A stretch of DNA of 64,000 nucleotides from Thecamonas trahens ATCC 50062 (Eukaryota > Protista > Apusomonadida). Below the pieces are notes generated by a model. It made no database searches. It saw only the letters and a program-made list of their open reading frames with translations, and was not told the origin of the DNA. Location: NCBI RefSeq assembly GCF_000142905.1, contig NW_013657610.1:1-64000 (forward strand). The letters run 5' to 3'. Shown in pieces: positions 11,401 through 22,080 of the stretch. Position 1 is the stretch's first letter. The number at the start of each line of letters is the position of its first letter. The position numbers and the translations under genes are program-made.

Positions 11401-14400
11401 CTTTCTGGGACGGCTCGACTTTTTCGCCCGCGGCGTCATCCAGGACATGCTCGACAGGGTGAGCAGAGCCGTCGAGGCTGCAGAGAGGGTCTTGACTCCA
11501 ATCGACGACAACGCCCACACCTTGATCAGCAACCTCGTCAAGCAGAAGAGGAAGCTGAAGAGCGAGGCCGGGTCCTACATGGCCGTCGTGGCCGAGGCCG
11601 ATGATCCGAGCTGTGTCGTCCTCCGCCTTGGTAGTGCGGACGTCAAGAAGCTGGCCATCGACCTCACCTCCAAGTGGAAAGAGGATCTGCGCCTCGCTGT
11701 CCTGGAGGCTCTCAGCTTGACTTCCCCGATGATGGCAGGCCCGATCCAGACACCAACAACGAGTTCTTTAGCTCGTTGACCCAGTCCCAGCTCCATCGCG
11801 TGATGCGGTCCAGGCTCACTGTCGCCGTTCGCCAGCTCCAGATCACCGTCAAGTCCGACAACATCCAGTCCGAGCTCGTCACCAGCCTGGCAACGACGCT
11901 CGCGGACTTTCTTCACCTCGTCCTCACCAACCACATCACGAGGCCCGAGAGCCGGGAGCAGCTGGTCAGCAGCCTCGAGGACAGCATCCAGCTCGTCGCA
12001 GTCCGCCTCGTGCAGAAGCTCATCAAGACCGAGCCGATCCTCTCCAGGGACCCCAACGCGATCAATAAGGTCGGTGGCCCGCTTGCAAAGCTTGTCGAGA
12101 AGATCGTGCACGGCGCCAAGTCAATGACGTGGGAGTCGCTGCGGAAGAGCATGGAAGACGTCCTCGTCAACGTCCTCGTCTCGCAGCCGGACGGCCTGAA
12201 TCGTGACAAGGACTTGCTCGTGCTGCCCAAGTCGACTCTGATGAGCACCTCGGCGTTCCGCCACAACCTCTCGCTCCTGTCTCGCCTCATTTTCACCGTC
12301 TTCCGCCCGCGCGCCATTGACGCCACGGTCTCGGACTTGAAGGACTCGACGCTCCACAGGGTCGACTCGTTTCTCCTCGATTCCTTTGTGACCAAGATCC
12401 TCTGGGACAAGACGCGCAGAGTGGTGATGACCGATCAGTGTGCCGAGTTTGTCCGGAGCATCATGGGCAAGATCAACTCGGTCAAGGCCAGCCTCACCAT
12501 CTCGCTGAGCGAGCCGAGCAATTTCGGCCGCCGCTTTGGCGCCCCGCTCGTCGCAGCCTGTCATCGCAGCCGGGTCTGCGACTTGGTTGAGAGCCACAGT
12601 GAGCTCGACAGCGGCTCGCTCTCTTTTGCCATCGGAGACAGCATCCTCGAGCCGCCCACGACGCTCATGGGTGCGGAGGAAGCCGATGCCGTGCTGCGCG
12701 CCGCCCTTGGCCCGGAGCCCATCCCGAGCATCAGCGAGGTGGACGTGACCGTCACGCTCGCTAAGCTCTCTTCCGTCCCCCGCCTGGCAATCGTGTCATT
12801 GGCGCCTGGGTGCGGACCATCGCCACGTCGTCGCCCGACGTGAGCAAGCCGTTCATCACCGACGATCTGCATCTCCACGTTGCCCGCCTCCTCGGAAACG
12901 GCGATGACGCGACGATCACGTCGCTGAAAGAGCTTCATTTGGCCCTCATGCCCAGTGGGACCAGCGTCGACGAGCTGGCGTCGTCCGAAGCCGCCGATGT
13001 TCTCCTGAGGTTCCTCTCGTGGATGCTCCGTGTTCGCTTTGCCGTCGTCGCTGTCAGCAGCAAGCCCGAGGTTGTCCACATTGTCCCGAGCGTCGAAACC
13101 GGCGCTCCTGAGCCGCTCGTTGTCAGTGATCTTCATCCGTATGTGCTCTTCTACATCGCGCCGCTCCGACGTGGCCGGCATAGCTCAGACGGAGACAAGG
13201 AATTGGCCGGCTGGAGCAGCCTCACGCTCACCGATGACTATCGCATGCCCCTCGGCTCGCGCCGCGGTATGCCCGCCGCCAGCGATGGTTTTCAGCCGAC
13301 GACGCATCCTGGCAAGCGCCGGCGTGCCGACGATGACGGCATCGAGCTCGAGAGCGGCGGTCTGGAGGCCATGGTCGTGTCCGATAGCGACGACGCTGGC
13401 GTCGCCGGGCCATCGACGGCTAGCCACGTGCTGACCGCTCCTCCACCGGCCAAGGTGGCGCGCACCACCTCGCGCTCAGCGGACATGACCGCCATGTTCC
13501 CTCCGCCCACCCGCCACGAGCTCAAGCCGATCACCCTCCACCAGTTTCGGCAGACCTACCTCCGGGCGAGGTCGCTCGCCCAGTACCAGGCCGTCAAGAC
13601 CAAAGATCACCTGAATGTCAAGATCACCATGCCTGCCGCTATGTCCGGGCCGTGCCAGACCGTCACGCTCTCTTCATCCGACTTTGACGAGGTCGCCGCA
13701 ACCTCGCTCATCTTCGTCTCGGGCGCCGCTCGTGTCCTGAGCAACGAGTGCAAGATCTTGCAGCCGCCCACCAAGCCGCACACCCGCATCTGCCAGGACT
13801 CCCAGGAGCAGATGTTTCAGGAAGACCGCGTCTATGACCACGATCTGGCCGGTGACGATCGCGTGTACTACGACGAGGGCGTACTGCTGGTGTGCGATGG
13901 CGTGACAGGCGACGTGGCCCACGAGGCAGAGTTCGTCTCGGGCAAGATCGTCTCGTCCAGCATGGTGGTGGGCATGGAGGGCTTCCGCAGATTGGGACAG
14001 TGGGATATCACGAGCCAGTTGGAGCTGCCCAAGCTCGCCTGGCATTTCACCATCATGGCCTCCTTGTGGGCCAAGCCGGTCATCCAGCGCATGCTCCTGG
14101 CCAAGCGGTTCAACACGGCGGCGCTCAACCCGCAGGATCCCATGGTGCGCAAGCAGGCCGAGCAGCAGTGGCAGGAGATGACAATCGCCTTGCCCAATGC
14201 AGTTGAGGCGACTCGGAACAGCGAGCTGCAGCAGAAAGTGACTCATCAGCCGACCACGTTCAAGATCAAGAGACAGCCGAGCTCGTCGTCCACCCTCCTC
14301 ACCGCGGCCATCACCGGGACCAAACTTTCGGTCTTTGTGGCTGGCGACTCGCGGCTGATGGTGATCCGCTGGAACGAGACGACGAGGCAGTTTGAGCCGG

Positions 14401-14990
14401 CGAGCAGGCAGAGCATCACGCCCGAGCTGCTGGTGAAAGAGCCTGGCAGAGACCGCATGATCCCATCGCAGCTGTGGTTCCAGCTCCGCTCGCAAGACGG
14501 CACTGAGCTGCGCAACAGGCACGTGTCACACGTGGCCAAAGTCCCGGGCCACAGCAAGTTTCACTGCGACATCCAGGTCGGTGACATTGTCATCGCAGGA
14601 TCGGACGGCGTGTGGGCCAAGAACAAAGTCCAGAGGAGTGCGCTCTTCGAGGGCAAGGCGCCGAAGAAGAGCGCCCCTCGCCATTGGCCCGATGGCAACC
14701 TGAGGTCGTACACCAGGTGGTTTGTTGGCGAGCAGCCATCTCGTGCCCTCCTGGCAGCGCTCAAGCAGCTCAAGGAGACTGGGGAGGAGCCCATCACCGC
14801 TCAGAGCATCCTTGCCGCCATCTGGCCGCTGGCCATGGAGGCGCGCAATAACTCGTCCAAAAAGGACGATGCCTCTCTGGCGGTCATGATCGTCGGCAAG
14901 AAGGCTGTCGGTCAGCCCGTTCACATCATCAAGCGGGAAGTCGACGACAACGGCCGCATCGAGAACAGCCACCTCGCACCATCATCATAA
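8489..14990 (+). CDS. Multidomain protein (>=2,160 aa): CW-type Zn-finger-like + dynamin-like P-loop GTPase + helical region + C-terminal PP2C (PPM) phosphatase; two -1 frame breaks
   Basis: ORFs 7982-11779, 11674-12843 and 12810-14990 overlap and join at ~11715 and ~12779 (C5 run). Motifs: CKNCSKYRLV...C...C (~9050-9150); G1 GASRLGKST (~9880); G2-like ILPT...HTT..IEVRYG; G3 KDTAG (~10745); PP2C VCDGVTG, AGDSRLMVIR, IAGSDGVW, KDDASLAVM. Branch-like ctgac plus tgcag acceptor at 8464-8488 suggests an upstream exon. Confidence 0.7.
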
Positions 14991-15672
14991 AGTAGTAACA
15001 CATCGCAACGAGCCGGGGATGGCTGGCTGGCCGACCGGCGCTGGGCAGGCGGAGAGGCTGGACCATTGTCCGCGGAGACAGACCGGATGATGATCGGCCG
15101 GGAGAGGGTGGTTGGCCGATACGTCGTCGACATGAAGGTAGTGCAAGGTGATCGGGCCGCTCAAGCTTCCCCATCGCCGTCCATCAACCCCCCCCCCCCC
15201 CCCCCCCCCCCCATCACCATGAGTCGAGCCCTCCCATCGCCATGACCCGTCGTCACGAGCTCGCTTGAAGAGAGGCGCGGGCACAGATCGGAACAACCAA
15301 GCCACACCGGACAACCAGTTGAAACCAGGATACATCCCTGGAGGAGGGGGGGAGTAGTTAGCTGGGCAGAGAGACAGAGGCGCTGCCGCTGGCTGTGGCG
15401 CGCGCGATCCGCCCGCTGACAACACCGATGCGTGGTCTCACCTCGCCTCTGTGCCTTCTCAAGGTCCGTCGCGGTTGAGCGGCGCTCTTGCTATTCTCCT
15501 TCATTCTTTATCCCACCGCCAGCCGAGCGGTCAGCGGCCGGCGGCATTGGTCCGATCGCCGAATAGCGACGGCGGCAGCTGCATCAGCGCCACCACACCA
15601 TCGCCTTTGAGTCTACGAGGATCGGCGCGGTATCGACCACCGATGCTGTGGCGGCAACGTCATTATTGGGCA

Positions 15673-17178
15673 TCACTGCCGTTGGTAGCATGGCGAGCGG
15701 TAGCCACAGCGAAAGGAACTGCGCGGAGCTGACGACGACGACGACGACGACGACGACGCGGTGTGATCAAACGCGCAGTCGAAGCGGCCGCAGCGGCTGC
15801 CGTAGCGACAGCGGCGGCGGATTGGGTCCTGGATGAGGCGCCAGACATGGGCGGTCTTCTCGTCGTCGTCGCCGCAGACATCCAGCAGCGCGTTGTGGAC
15901 GCGCGTGCCCAGGGCGATGTCGCGGGCGTGGTAGCTCGCCCACAAGGCGGCCGAGGCGACGTGATGGTTGAGACAGCCGTCTGTGATGGCAGCGTCTACG
16001 TAGCGGGTGATGCGGGCGACGCGCACAGGCTTGGCGTTGGCAAACGTGCGCAGCATGACGCAGTATGCCTGCGGGCTCGGTTTCAGCTTGGCTGCAGCCA
16101 TGGCGGCCCAGACGGCCTCGGCACCCTCGGCACGCGCAGCGGGCGAGCTGGCGTGGTTGTTGCGATGGGCCTTGATGAGGGTGACAAAGGCGTAGATGTT
16201 GGGCGTGAGGCCGGCGGCGGTTATGCGTGCCAGGGTATGCTCGGCGGCAGAGACATCGCCAACTCGGGCGTGGGCCTCCATCAGCGAGGTAAAGGTGACG
16301 ACGTCGGGCGTGAGACCTGCGGCGAGGAGCTCGTCCATCAGCGCCTCGGCACGCTCGGGCTGCCGCGCTGCGGCGTAGCCGGCTATGATGGTGCCGTAAG
16401 TCTTTGCGTTGGGCGCGACGCCCGCGGCAAGCATCCGGTCAAGCACCTGGGAGGCAGCAGCCGGCGATCGGGCCCGGACGTGAGCCTTGGCCAGCGCCGA
16501 CCAGGCGATGACGTCCGGGACAAGACCGGAAGCGAGCATGCGGGCAAGGATGGCTTCTGCCGTATGGGCGTCACTGGCGTTGGCGCTGGCGTTGATGGCG
16601 GTGCCGTATGCTGTCGCATCGCCGGGCACCCCGCTTGCCTCCATGGCATCGAGCCAGCTGAGGGCGACGTCGACCTTGCGCTCGGCCATGGCCGCCTTGA
16701 TCATCAGCCCGTACGTCGCGGTGTTGGGCGCGATGCCGAGCGAGGGCATGGTGATGTTGACGACGTCAGCTGCGCACTGGGGCTCGCCGGCGGCGATGTA
16801 TGCCGCGGCGAGCGTGGTGAGGCTCACCACGGTCGGCGCAACGCCTGCCGTCTCCATCAGCTCCAGAACGCCCAGCGCGTCTTCGGCCCGTCCGGCCTGG
16901 GCGTAGCCGTCCATGACGATGTTGAAGGCGACGACGTGGGGCGTGATGCCCATGGCCGGCAAGAGCCGCCCAACCATGTCCTCGGCACCCGCTACGTCGC
17001 CGGCTGCCACGCGCTCCTTGATAAGCGCCACATGGTCGACCGCGTCGTCCGCCGCCTCGGCGTCCCCGACCCCGCCGTGGTGCTCCAGCGCCTGGGCGTA
17101 CTCTAGCTGCGAGGCCATGTCGTACGCACCAATGGGAAGCGTAGCAGAAGTGGTAGCCGAGTTGGTGAAGCGGTTCAT
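15673..17178 (-). CDS. Pentatricopeptide repeat (PPR) protein with C-terminal CCCH Zn finger
   Basis: About ten 35-aa repeats (e.g. PDVVTFTSLMEAHARVGDVSAAEHTLARITAAGLT; PNAKTYGTIIAGYAAARQPERAEALMDELLAAGLT); CRYGSRCGRFDCAFDH near the C-terminus. Start at ATG 17178 or 17118. Confidence 0.9.
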   Translation of the reverse strand: MNRFTNSATTSATLPIGAYDMASQLEYAQALEHHGGVGDAEAADDAVDHVALIKERVAAGDVAGAEDMVGRLLPAMGITPHVVAFNIVMDGYAQAGRAEDALGVLELMETAGVAPTVVSLTTLAAAYIAAGEPQCAADVVNITMPSLGIAPNTATYGLMIKAAMAERKVDVALSWLDAMEASGVPGDATAYGTAINASANASDAHTAEAILARMLASGLVPDVIAWSALAKAHVRARSPAAASQVLDRMLAAGVAPNAKTYGTIIAGYAAARQPERAEALMDELLAAGLTPDVVTFTSLMEAHARVGDVSAAEHTLARITAAGLTPNIYAFVTLIKAHRNNHASSPAARAEGAEAVWAAMAAAKLKPSPQAYCVMLRTFANAKPVRVARITRYVDAAITDGCLNHHVASAALWASYHARDIALGTRVHNALLDVCGDDDEKTAHVWRLIQDPIRRRCRYGSRCGRFDCAFDHTASSSSSSSSSAPRSSFRCGYRSPCYQRQ

Positions 17179-17634
17179 GCTCGTCTTGGCTCTGTGAGTA
17201 GTTCTGGCGGTCTGCAAGAGGTGTGTGTAGTTCTGCCCTCGCTCTCCTCTAAAAAGCCGTCGCTCCGGTTTTTGTGCCGCGAAAATACTGTGACATTTGG
17301 AAAGTGCAGTTGGGTTTGTGCAAGTGGCACGGGATGGGCGATGGAGGACGGCGATGGACATAGGGATTCAAGGAACTTGTAGAGGAGGCTGTGGGCGTGA
17401 TGATGACGAGGGTGGCGATGGATGCTGGCGGTTGTGGCGGGTAGAAGAAGTGCGCTGTGTCTGTGTATGTAATGTCACACTCGGGCGGTGTGTAGTGGCC
17501 GAATGCGACAGAGTCGCAATCGAGGGGAGGAGAGGGCGCAGGCGGGATCTCGAGGGAGTGGCTGGTGTGGGGGTGTGGGGTGGTCCCAGGCCTCATTTGG
17601 GTTCCAAGTAGTGGTACGCACTTGATAGCGGCCT

Positions 17635-17710
17635 ACGATTAATCCAACAACAGACTACGATTATTACGAACGAACGATTAATCCAACAACAGACTACGAT
17701 TATTACGAAC
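17635..17710. repeat. 39-bp tandem duplication in a divergent intergenic region
   Basis: acgattaatccaacaacagactacgattattacgaac occurs at 17635 and 17674. Confidence 0.92.
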
Positions 17711-17836
17711 CAAAAAGGGTACACAAACGTTCTGCTCGTGGTGCGCCAAAGACAGTGTGCCCCGGCCGATGGCACACCGCCGCATACTCCTCTCCCGCCC
17801 CCATCCCTCACATCCACACCGCCAATCCCCAGTCCC

Positions 17837-19552
17837 ATGCCGCTCGACCTGCTTCCACGCGAGATAGTGGCGTACATCGGCCGCTGGCTGCCGGCCCGCG
17901 ACGCGGTGGCGCTGGCCTCGACCTGCCGGACACTCCACCGAGCTGTGCTGGGCAACCCGATCACCGCCGCCCACATCCAGGCCCACATCGGCTACGCGGG
18001 CTGTGTCAAGCACGGCCTCTGGCGAGCTGCCCTCCGCGCCCTCCGCTGCAGGTCGCGCCACGGGGGGCTGGCCGGCCGCATCGCCACCGCCCCGGCCGCC
18101 CTGCTGCTGCCCATTGTCATCGGCTTTGGCCGCGATGCAGGGAGCGACGACGAGGACAGTCATCTCGCCCGCGAGCTGCTGCTCAGAGAGCTACAATCGA
18201 TGGACCTGCGGTGCGCGGTGCGCGGCAAGAAGGAGGAGCTCGCGCTGCGTGACATGCCCTCGATCGCAAGCGTGGCAACGGTGTCGCTCCCTGTGGCGAC
18301 GGTGGCCATCTTGCAAGGCGAAGCTGTGGCGGCCGAGATGCTCATGCGGTGCAAGCCGATGGGTACCAACGACGCCAACGTTGCTGTCATTTTCGCGGCC
18401 AGGCGCGGCCTGGGCAGCATTGTCCGCATCATCATCGAGACGTGTGCGCCAGAGGAGCCCTTTATCGCCGACGCCGTCTCGGCCGGGCAGCGGTACCCGG
18501 CGGTGATCGAGGCGGTCATGACCGCAACCGCAACGAGCTATGAGCTGGAGATGACCTGTGCCCAAAGCATCGGACGGGCCGACAACGTCGACGGTGTGGC
18601 GATCGTCCTCGGCGGCGGGCGGGTGGCGTCAGCGTCGGCTCTGGCCAGGGTGATGTTGGCGGCGACGGGCTCGCCAGCGGTCATCACCGCAGTTCTCGAC
18701 CACGAGAGCGTGGATGCGGCGGCAGTCGGGCGCGTAGCACTCGAGAGCTTTGTCAAGGATCGGTCGCGAAATGTGCTCATCGGCGCTCTCATTGCTGACG
18801 AGCGCATCGACCTCAGCGGGCTGGGCAACAAGATGCTGAGGAACGCGGTGCTGGGCCGCCACGAGACGCTCGTGGAGATGCTGATAGCGATGGACAGCGA
18901 GCGGATCCAGCTGACGACGCCGCACAAGGCGGAGCTCGGGATGCTTGTAGCGTGGGCGACGCCGGAGATGACGACGCGCATACTGGCGCACCACACCGTG
19001 GGTGCGACGGCAGTGAGCACGATGGTCTGTGAGGCGGCGATGCGCGGGCGGGAGACAATGGTGCATGCGCTGCTGGCGTACACAGAGAGCGCGGGGATGG
19101 CAGCGGCGATTGATATCGGAGCGGCGTTCCGGCTGGCGTGCAAAGAGGGCCAGGTGGCGGTGGTGGCGGCTCTGATGAGCGACGGACGCATCGGGCACCA
19201 GGAGCGGCTGGTGGCGCTGCGGCTGGCGGCATGCAACAGACAAGCTGGCGCAGTGGCGGCATTGCTGGACGGCGGCGTGTCGCCCCTGCCGATTCTCGAC
19301 GAGAGCGTGGCCATTGCCATCCAGCACGGACACAGTGCAGTGCTCGCGGCGATCATCAGCGATGAGCGGGTGGCCAACCCGGTGGCGATGGTGGCAGCGG
19401 CGGTCCGGCGGGCAACGCGGGTGATGGATCCGGCGGAGAAGCCGAGGTACAGTCTGCGGTGGGACAAGGTCAAGTGCATGCTCGCCGAGCACCCGCGGAT
19501 CAGCCCAGAGGGCTACATGACGATTGTACGGGCGGCGGGGACGTGGTGGTAA
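17837..19552 (+). CDS. F-box-like + degenerate ankyrin repeat protein
   Basis: N-terminus MPLDLLPREIVAYIGRWLPARDAVALASTCRTLH fits the F-box consensus; ankyrin-like units AFRLACKEGQVAVVAALM, ALRLAACNRQAGAVAALL, VAIAIQHGHSAVLAAIISDERV. Confidence 0.8.
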   Translation: MPLDLLPREIVAYIGRWLPARDAVALASTCRTLHRAVLGNPITAAHIQAHIGYAGCVKHGLWRAALRALRCRSRHGGLAGRIATAPAALLLPIVIGFGRDAGSDDEDSHLARELLLRELQSMDLRCAVRGKKEELALRDMPSIASVATVSLPVATVAILQGEAVAAEMLMRCKPMGTNDANVAVIFAARRGLGSIVRIIIETCAPEEPFIADAVSAGQRYPAVIEAVMTATATSYELEMTCAQSIGRADNVDGVAIVLGGGRVASASALARVMLAATGSPAVITAVLDHESVDAAAVGRVALESFVKDRSRNVLIGALIADERIDLSGLGNKMLRNAVLGRHETLVEMLIAMDSERIQLTTPHKAELGMLVAWATPEMTTRILAHHTVGATAVSTMVCEAAMRGRETMVHALLAYTESAGMAAAIDIGAAFRLACKEGQVAVVAALMSDGRIGHQERLVALRLAACNRQAGAVAALLDGGVSPLPILDESVAIAIQHGHSAVLAAIISDERVANPVAMVAAAVRRATRVMDPAEKPRYSLRWDKVKCMLAEHPRISPEGYMTIVRAAGTWW

Positions 19553-19590
19553 ACGGCAGCGATGGCGATGACGATGGCGATGGGCGACAG

Positions 19591-20226
19591 CTACCACTCG
19601 ATGGGCGAGCCGTCGTAGGCGAGGAAGGAGCCCGAGAGCGAGGGCTCGGCGTCCGCGATGCGGGCGAGGATGTTGTCGGCGGCGTCGGCGGCGGGCAGTA
19701 CGCCCGGATGGTCGGGGGAGCGGAAGGGGGCAGAGAGCGGAGTGGCGACGGTGCCCGGGTGGATGGCGAGGACGGTGGCGGCCGGCCGCGATCGGCGCCA
19801 CTCGATGGCGAGCGTCCGCATGAGCATGTTGGCGGCGGCCTTGGAGGCGCGATAGGCGTACCACCCGCCGAGCCCGTTGTCGCCGATGGAGCCGACGCGG
19901 GCGGTGAGAGTCGCCCACACCGCATGCCGATCCCGCCGCGGAACGAGCTTCTCCAGGGCGGCGGCGGCGAGGATGGGCCCGAACCCGTTGACTGCCATGG
20001 CTGCCGTCAGCGAGTCGCGGGAGACGTCAGCCAGCCGGCGCTCGGGCCCGGCAGGCTCGCCCGGCGGGGCATGGCGGCGGTGGAGGAGCCCCGCGGCGTA
20101 GATGACGAGGTCGAGCTGTGGCGTGTGCGCAGAGACGGCCGGGGCGAGGGCGGCCAGCGATGCGTCGCTCGTCACGTCGAGGTCGATGACCGCCGCCGCG
20201 CCGGGAATGGGCTCGACCGGACGGGA
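19591..20226 (-). CDS. Short-chain dehydrogenase/reductase, C-factor (CsgA)-like; N-terminus in gap
   Basis: LTARVGSIGDNGLGGWYAYRASKAA (YxxxK), IHPGTVATPLSAPF, SGSFLAYDGSPIEW* are typical of the CsgA-like SDR subfamily. Confidence 0.9.
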   Translation of the reverse strand, partial: SRPVEPIPGAAAVIDLDVTSDASLAALAPAVSAHTPQLDLVIYAAGLLHRRHAPPGEPAGPERRLADVSRDSLTAAMAVNGFGPILAAAALEKLVPRRDRHAVWATLTARVGSIGDNGLGGWYAYRASKAAANMLMRTLAIEWRRSRPAATVLAIHPGTVATPLSAPFRSPDHPGVLPAADAADNILARIADAEPSLSGSFLAYDGSPIEW

Positions 20227-20617
20227 NNNNNNNNNNNNNNNNNNNNNNNNNNNNNNNNNNNNNNNNNNNNNNNNNNNNNNNNNNNNNNNNNNNNNNNNNN
20301 NNNNNNNNNNNNNNNNNNNNNNNNNNNNNNNNNNNNNNNNNNNNNNNNNNNNNNNNNNNNNNNNNNNNNNNNNNNNNNNNNNNNNNNNNNNNNNNNNNNN
20401 NNNNNNNNNNNNNNNNNNNNNNNNNNNNNNNNNNNNNNNNNNNNNNNNNNNNNNNNNNNNNNNNNNNNNNNNNNNNNNNNNNNNNNNNNNNNNNNNNNNN
20501 NNNNNNNNNNNNNNNNNNNNNNNNNNNNNNNNNNNNNNNNNNNNNNNNNNNNNNNNNNNNNNNNNNNNNNNNNNNNNNNNNNNNNNNNNNNNNNNNNNNN
20601 NNNNNNNNNNNNNNNNN

Positions 20618-20750
20618 GGGATGGGGATGGGGATGGGGATGGGGATGGGGATGGGGATGACTATAATGACCATGATGACCATGGCCATGACCATGATGAC
20701 CATGGCCATGACCATGATGACCATGACGATGCCCATGATCATGATGATGG
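20618..20750. repeat. (GGGATG)n then (GACCAT/GAT)n low-complexity satellite
   Basis: Directly visible; the second part is the reverse complement of the CATGGT arrays at 44.0 and 57.6 kb. Confidence 0.9.
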
Positions 20751-20843
20751 GGTAAAGTGTCGTGGCTACCAGGGCACCGACAGGGTCAGGAATGGAAAAA
20801 CCCGGCTCACGACACCATAGCCACACAAACCTGCTCGTGGTGG

Positions 20844-21818
20844 CTACACAAACATGCTCGTGGTGGCAATGCCAAGCCCGATGCCGTCGCCAAACGCATC
20901 GGCGACGTCGATGGTGGCAACGGTAGCACCTGTCGCGGCGTCGAAGATGAGGAGCGTGTCGAACCTGGCGTCGACCGGGCTCGCAGTCTTGCCGACAAAC
21001 AAGCCGCCGAGGACGGGGCCCGCGCTGGGTGTGCCGCTGTTGGCCGAGAAGAACGACGAGACAAAGTTGTAGCCGGCAAACTTGCCCGAAGGGCCCAGAT
21101 CAGCCACCCGCGCACCAGGCGTCCACGTGCCGGACGCATAGCCCACGTCCTGCTGGAAGGTGTACACGATGGGCGCTGCGCCGTCAAAGCCGCGGGAGAT
21201 AGCATACATCTCACCTTCGAGCGAGACGATCCCATGGAAGAGCCCGGCTTTGACATCCGAGGTCGTCATGGTGTTCGTCGTCAGGTTGCACCACGCCAGT
21301 TGGGCTCCGGTCGAGTAGAGGTAGAACGCGCCGTCGGCGGTGATGGCAAAACCCTCGTCAAACAGCCCTTGGTCGCACTTGGTCGGCGTGAAGACCACGC
21401 CGAAAGTCGGATCGGTCGTCAGCCGCCACACCCGCCCGGTGTTGAGGTCCACCCCGATGAACTCGTCTGTGCCGGGAATGGCCACCACCCCGTCGAGCTG
21501 GACGCCAGGCGGCGTCACCATCGCAGGCACCGTCACCTCGCCCGTCTCGAGGTTGATCACCCCGCCCGAGCCGAGCCCGCAGACAAAGGTCGACGCCGCG
21601 TCGGCACCGCCGCACAGCATACCCGTCCCACCAAAGCCCGGCACGTTCGCGAGGACCTCGACGGTGCCCGAGGCGATGTCGATAGCGACGGCAGCGTTGC
21701 CAAACGTGGCGTTGCCGCCCTTGGCCAGCTGGAGGAGCGAGACGACCCGCGACGGACCAGGCGCAGCGGCCGCCGCCGCGACCAGCGCAAGTAGCACAAT
21801 CAGAGCGAGCGAAGCCAT
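20844..21818 (-). CDS. Secreted beta-strand-rich (beta-propeller-like) hypothetical protein
   Basis: Signal peptide MASLALIVLLALVAAAAA; recurrent strand-turn units IDIASGTVEV, INLETGEVTV, VDLNTGRVWR, FDAATGATVA. Fold is inferred. Confidence 0.7.
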   Translation of the reverse strand: MASLALIVLLALVAAAAAAPGPSRVVSLLQLAKGGNATFGNAAVAIDIASGTVEVLANVPGFGGTGMLCGGADAASTFVCGLGSGGVINLETGEVTVPAMVTPPGVQLDGVVAIPGTDEFIGVDLNTGRVWRLTTDPTFGVVFTPTKCDQGLFDEGFAITADGAFYLYSTGAQLAWCNLTTNTMTTSDVKAGLFHGIVSLEGEMYAISRGFDGAAPIVYTFQQDVGYASGTWTPGARVADLGPSGKFAGYNFVSSFFSANSGTPSAGPVLGGLFVGKTASPVDARFDTLLIFDAATGATVATIDVADAFGDGIGLGIATTSMFV

Positions 21819-21848
21819 GCACGAGGTCATGGCGAGGCAATGTAAGAG

Positions 21849-22080
21849 TCGTGTGTGCCGCAGCTCAGGCCGTTGCAACCGCCAGGGCCACACGCCTTAC
21901 TTAATACAGCCAAACCCCCACAAGCGAGTTTGGACAATGCTGTACTACTTCGAGCGTGAAATCGGCGCGGTTTTGACTCCGCGACGACTTCCGCTCGTGT
22001 GTGCCGCAGCTCAGGCCGTTGCAACCGCCAGGGCCACACGCCTTACTTAATACAGCCAAACCCCCACAAGCGAGTTTGGA
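21849..22080. repeat. Two identical 86-bp direct repeats separated by 60 bp
   Basis: tcgtgtgtgccgcagctcagg...cacaagcgagtttgga at 21849-21934 and 21995-22080. Confidence 0.95.

Noticed and set aside
15763-17106. Long antisense or alternative-frame ORFs over real genes (also 18629-19918, 51868-53274, 57908-59125 and many within 23-42 kb)
   Set aside because: Shadow ORFs caused by strong GC3 bias.
21849-22080. CRISPR-like repeat-spacer-repeat or full LTR element
   Set aside because: Only two long copies, no TG...CA ends, no internal coding sequence.
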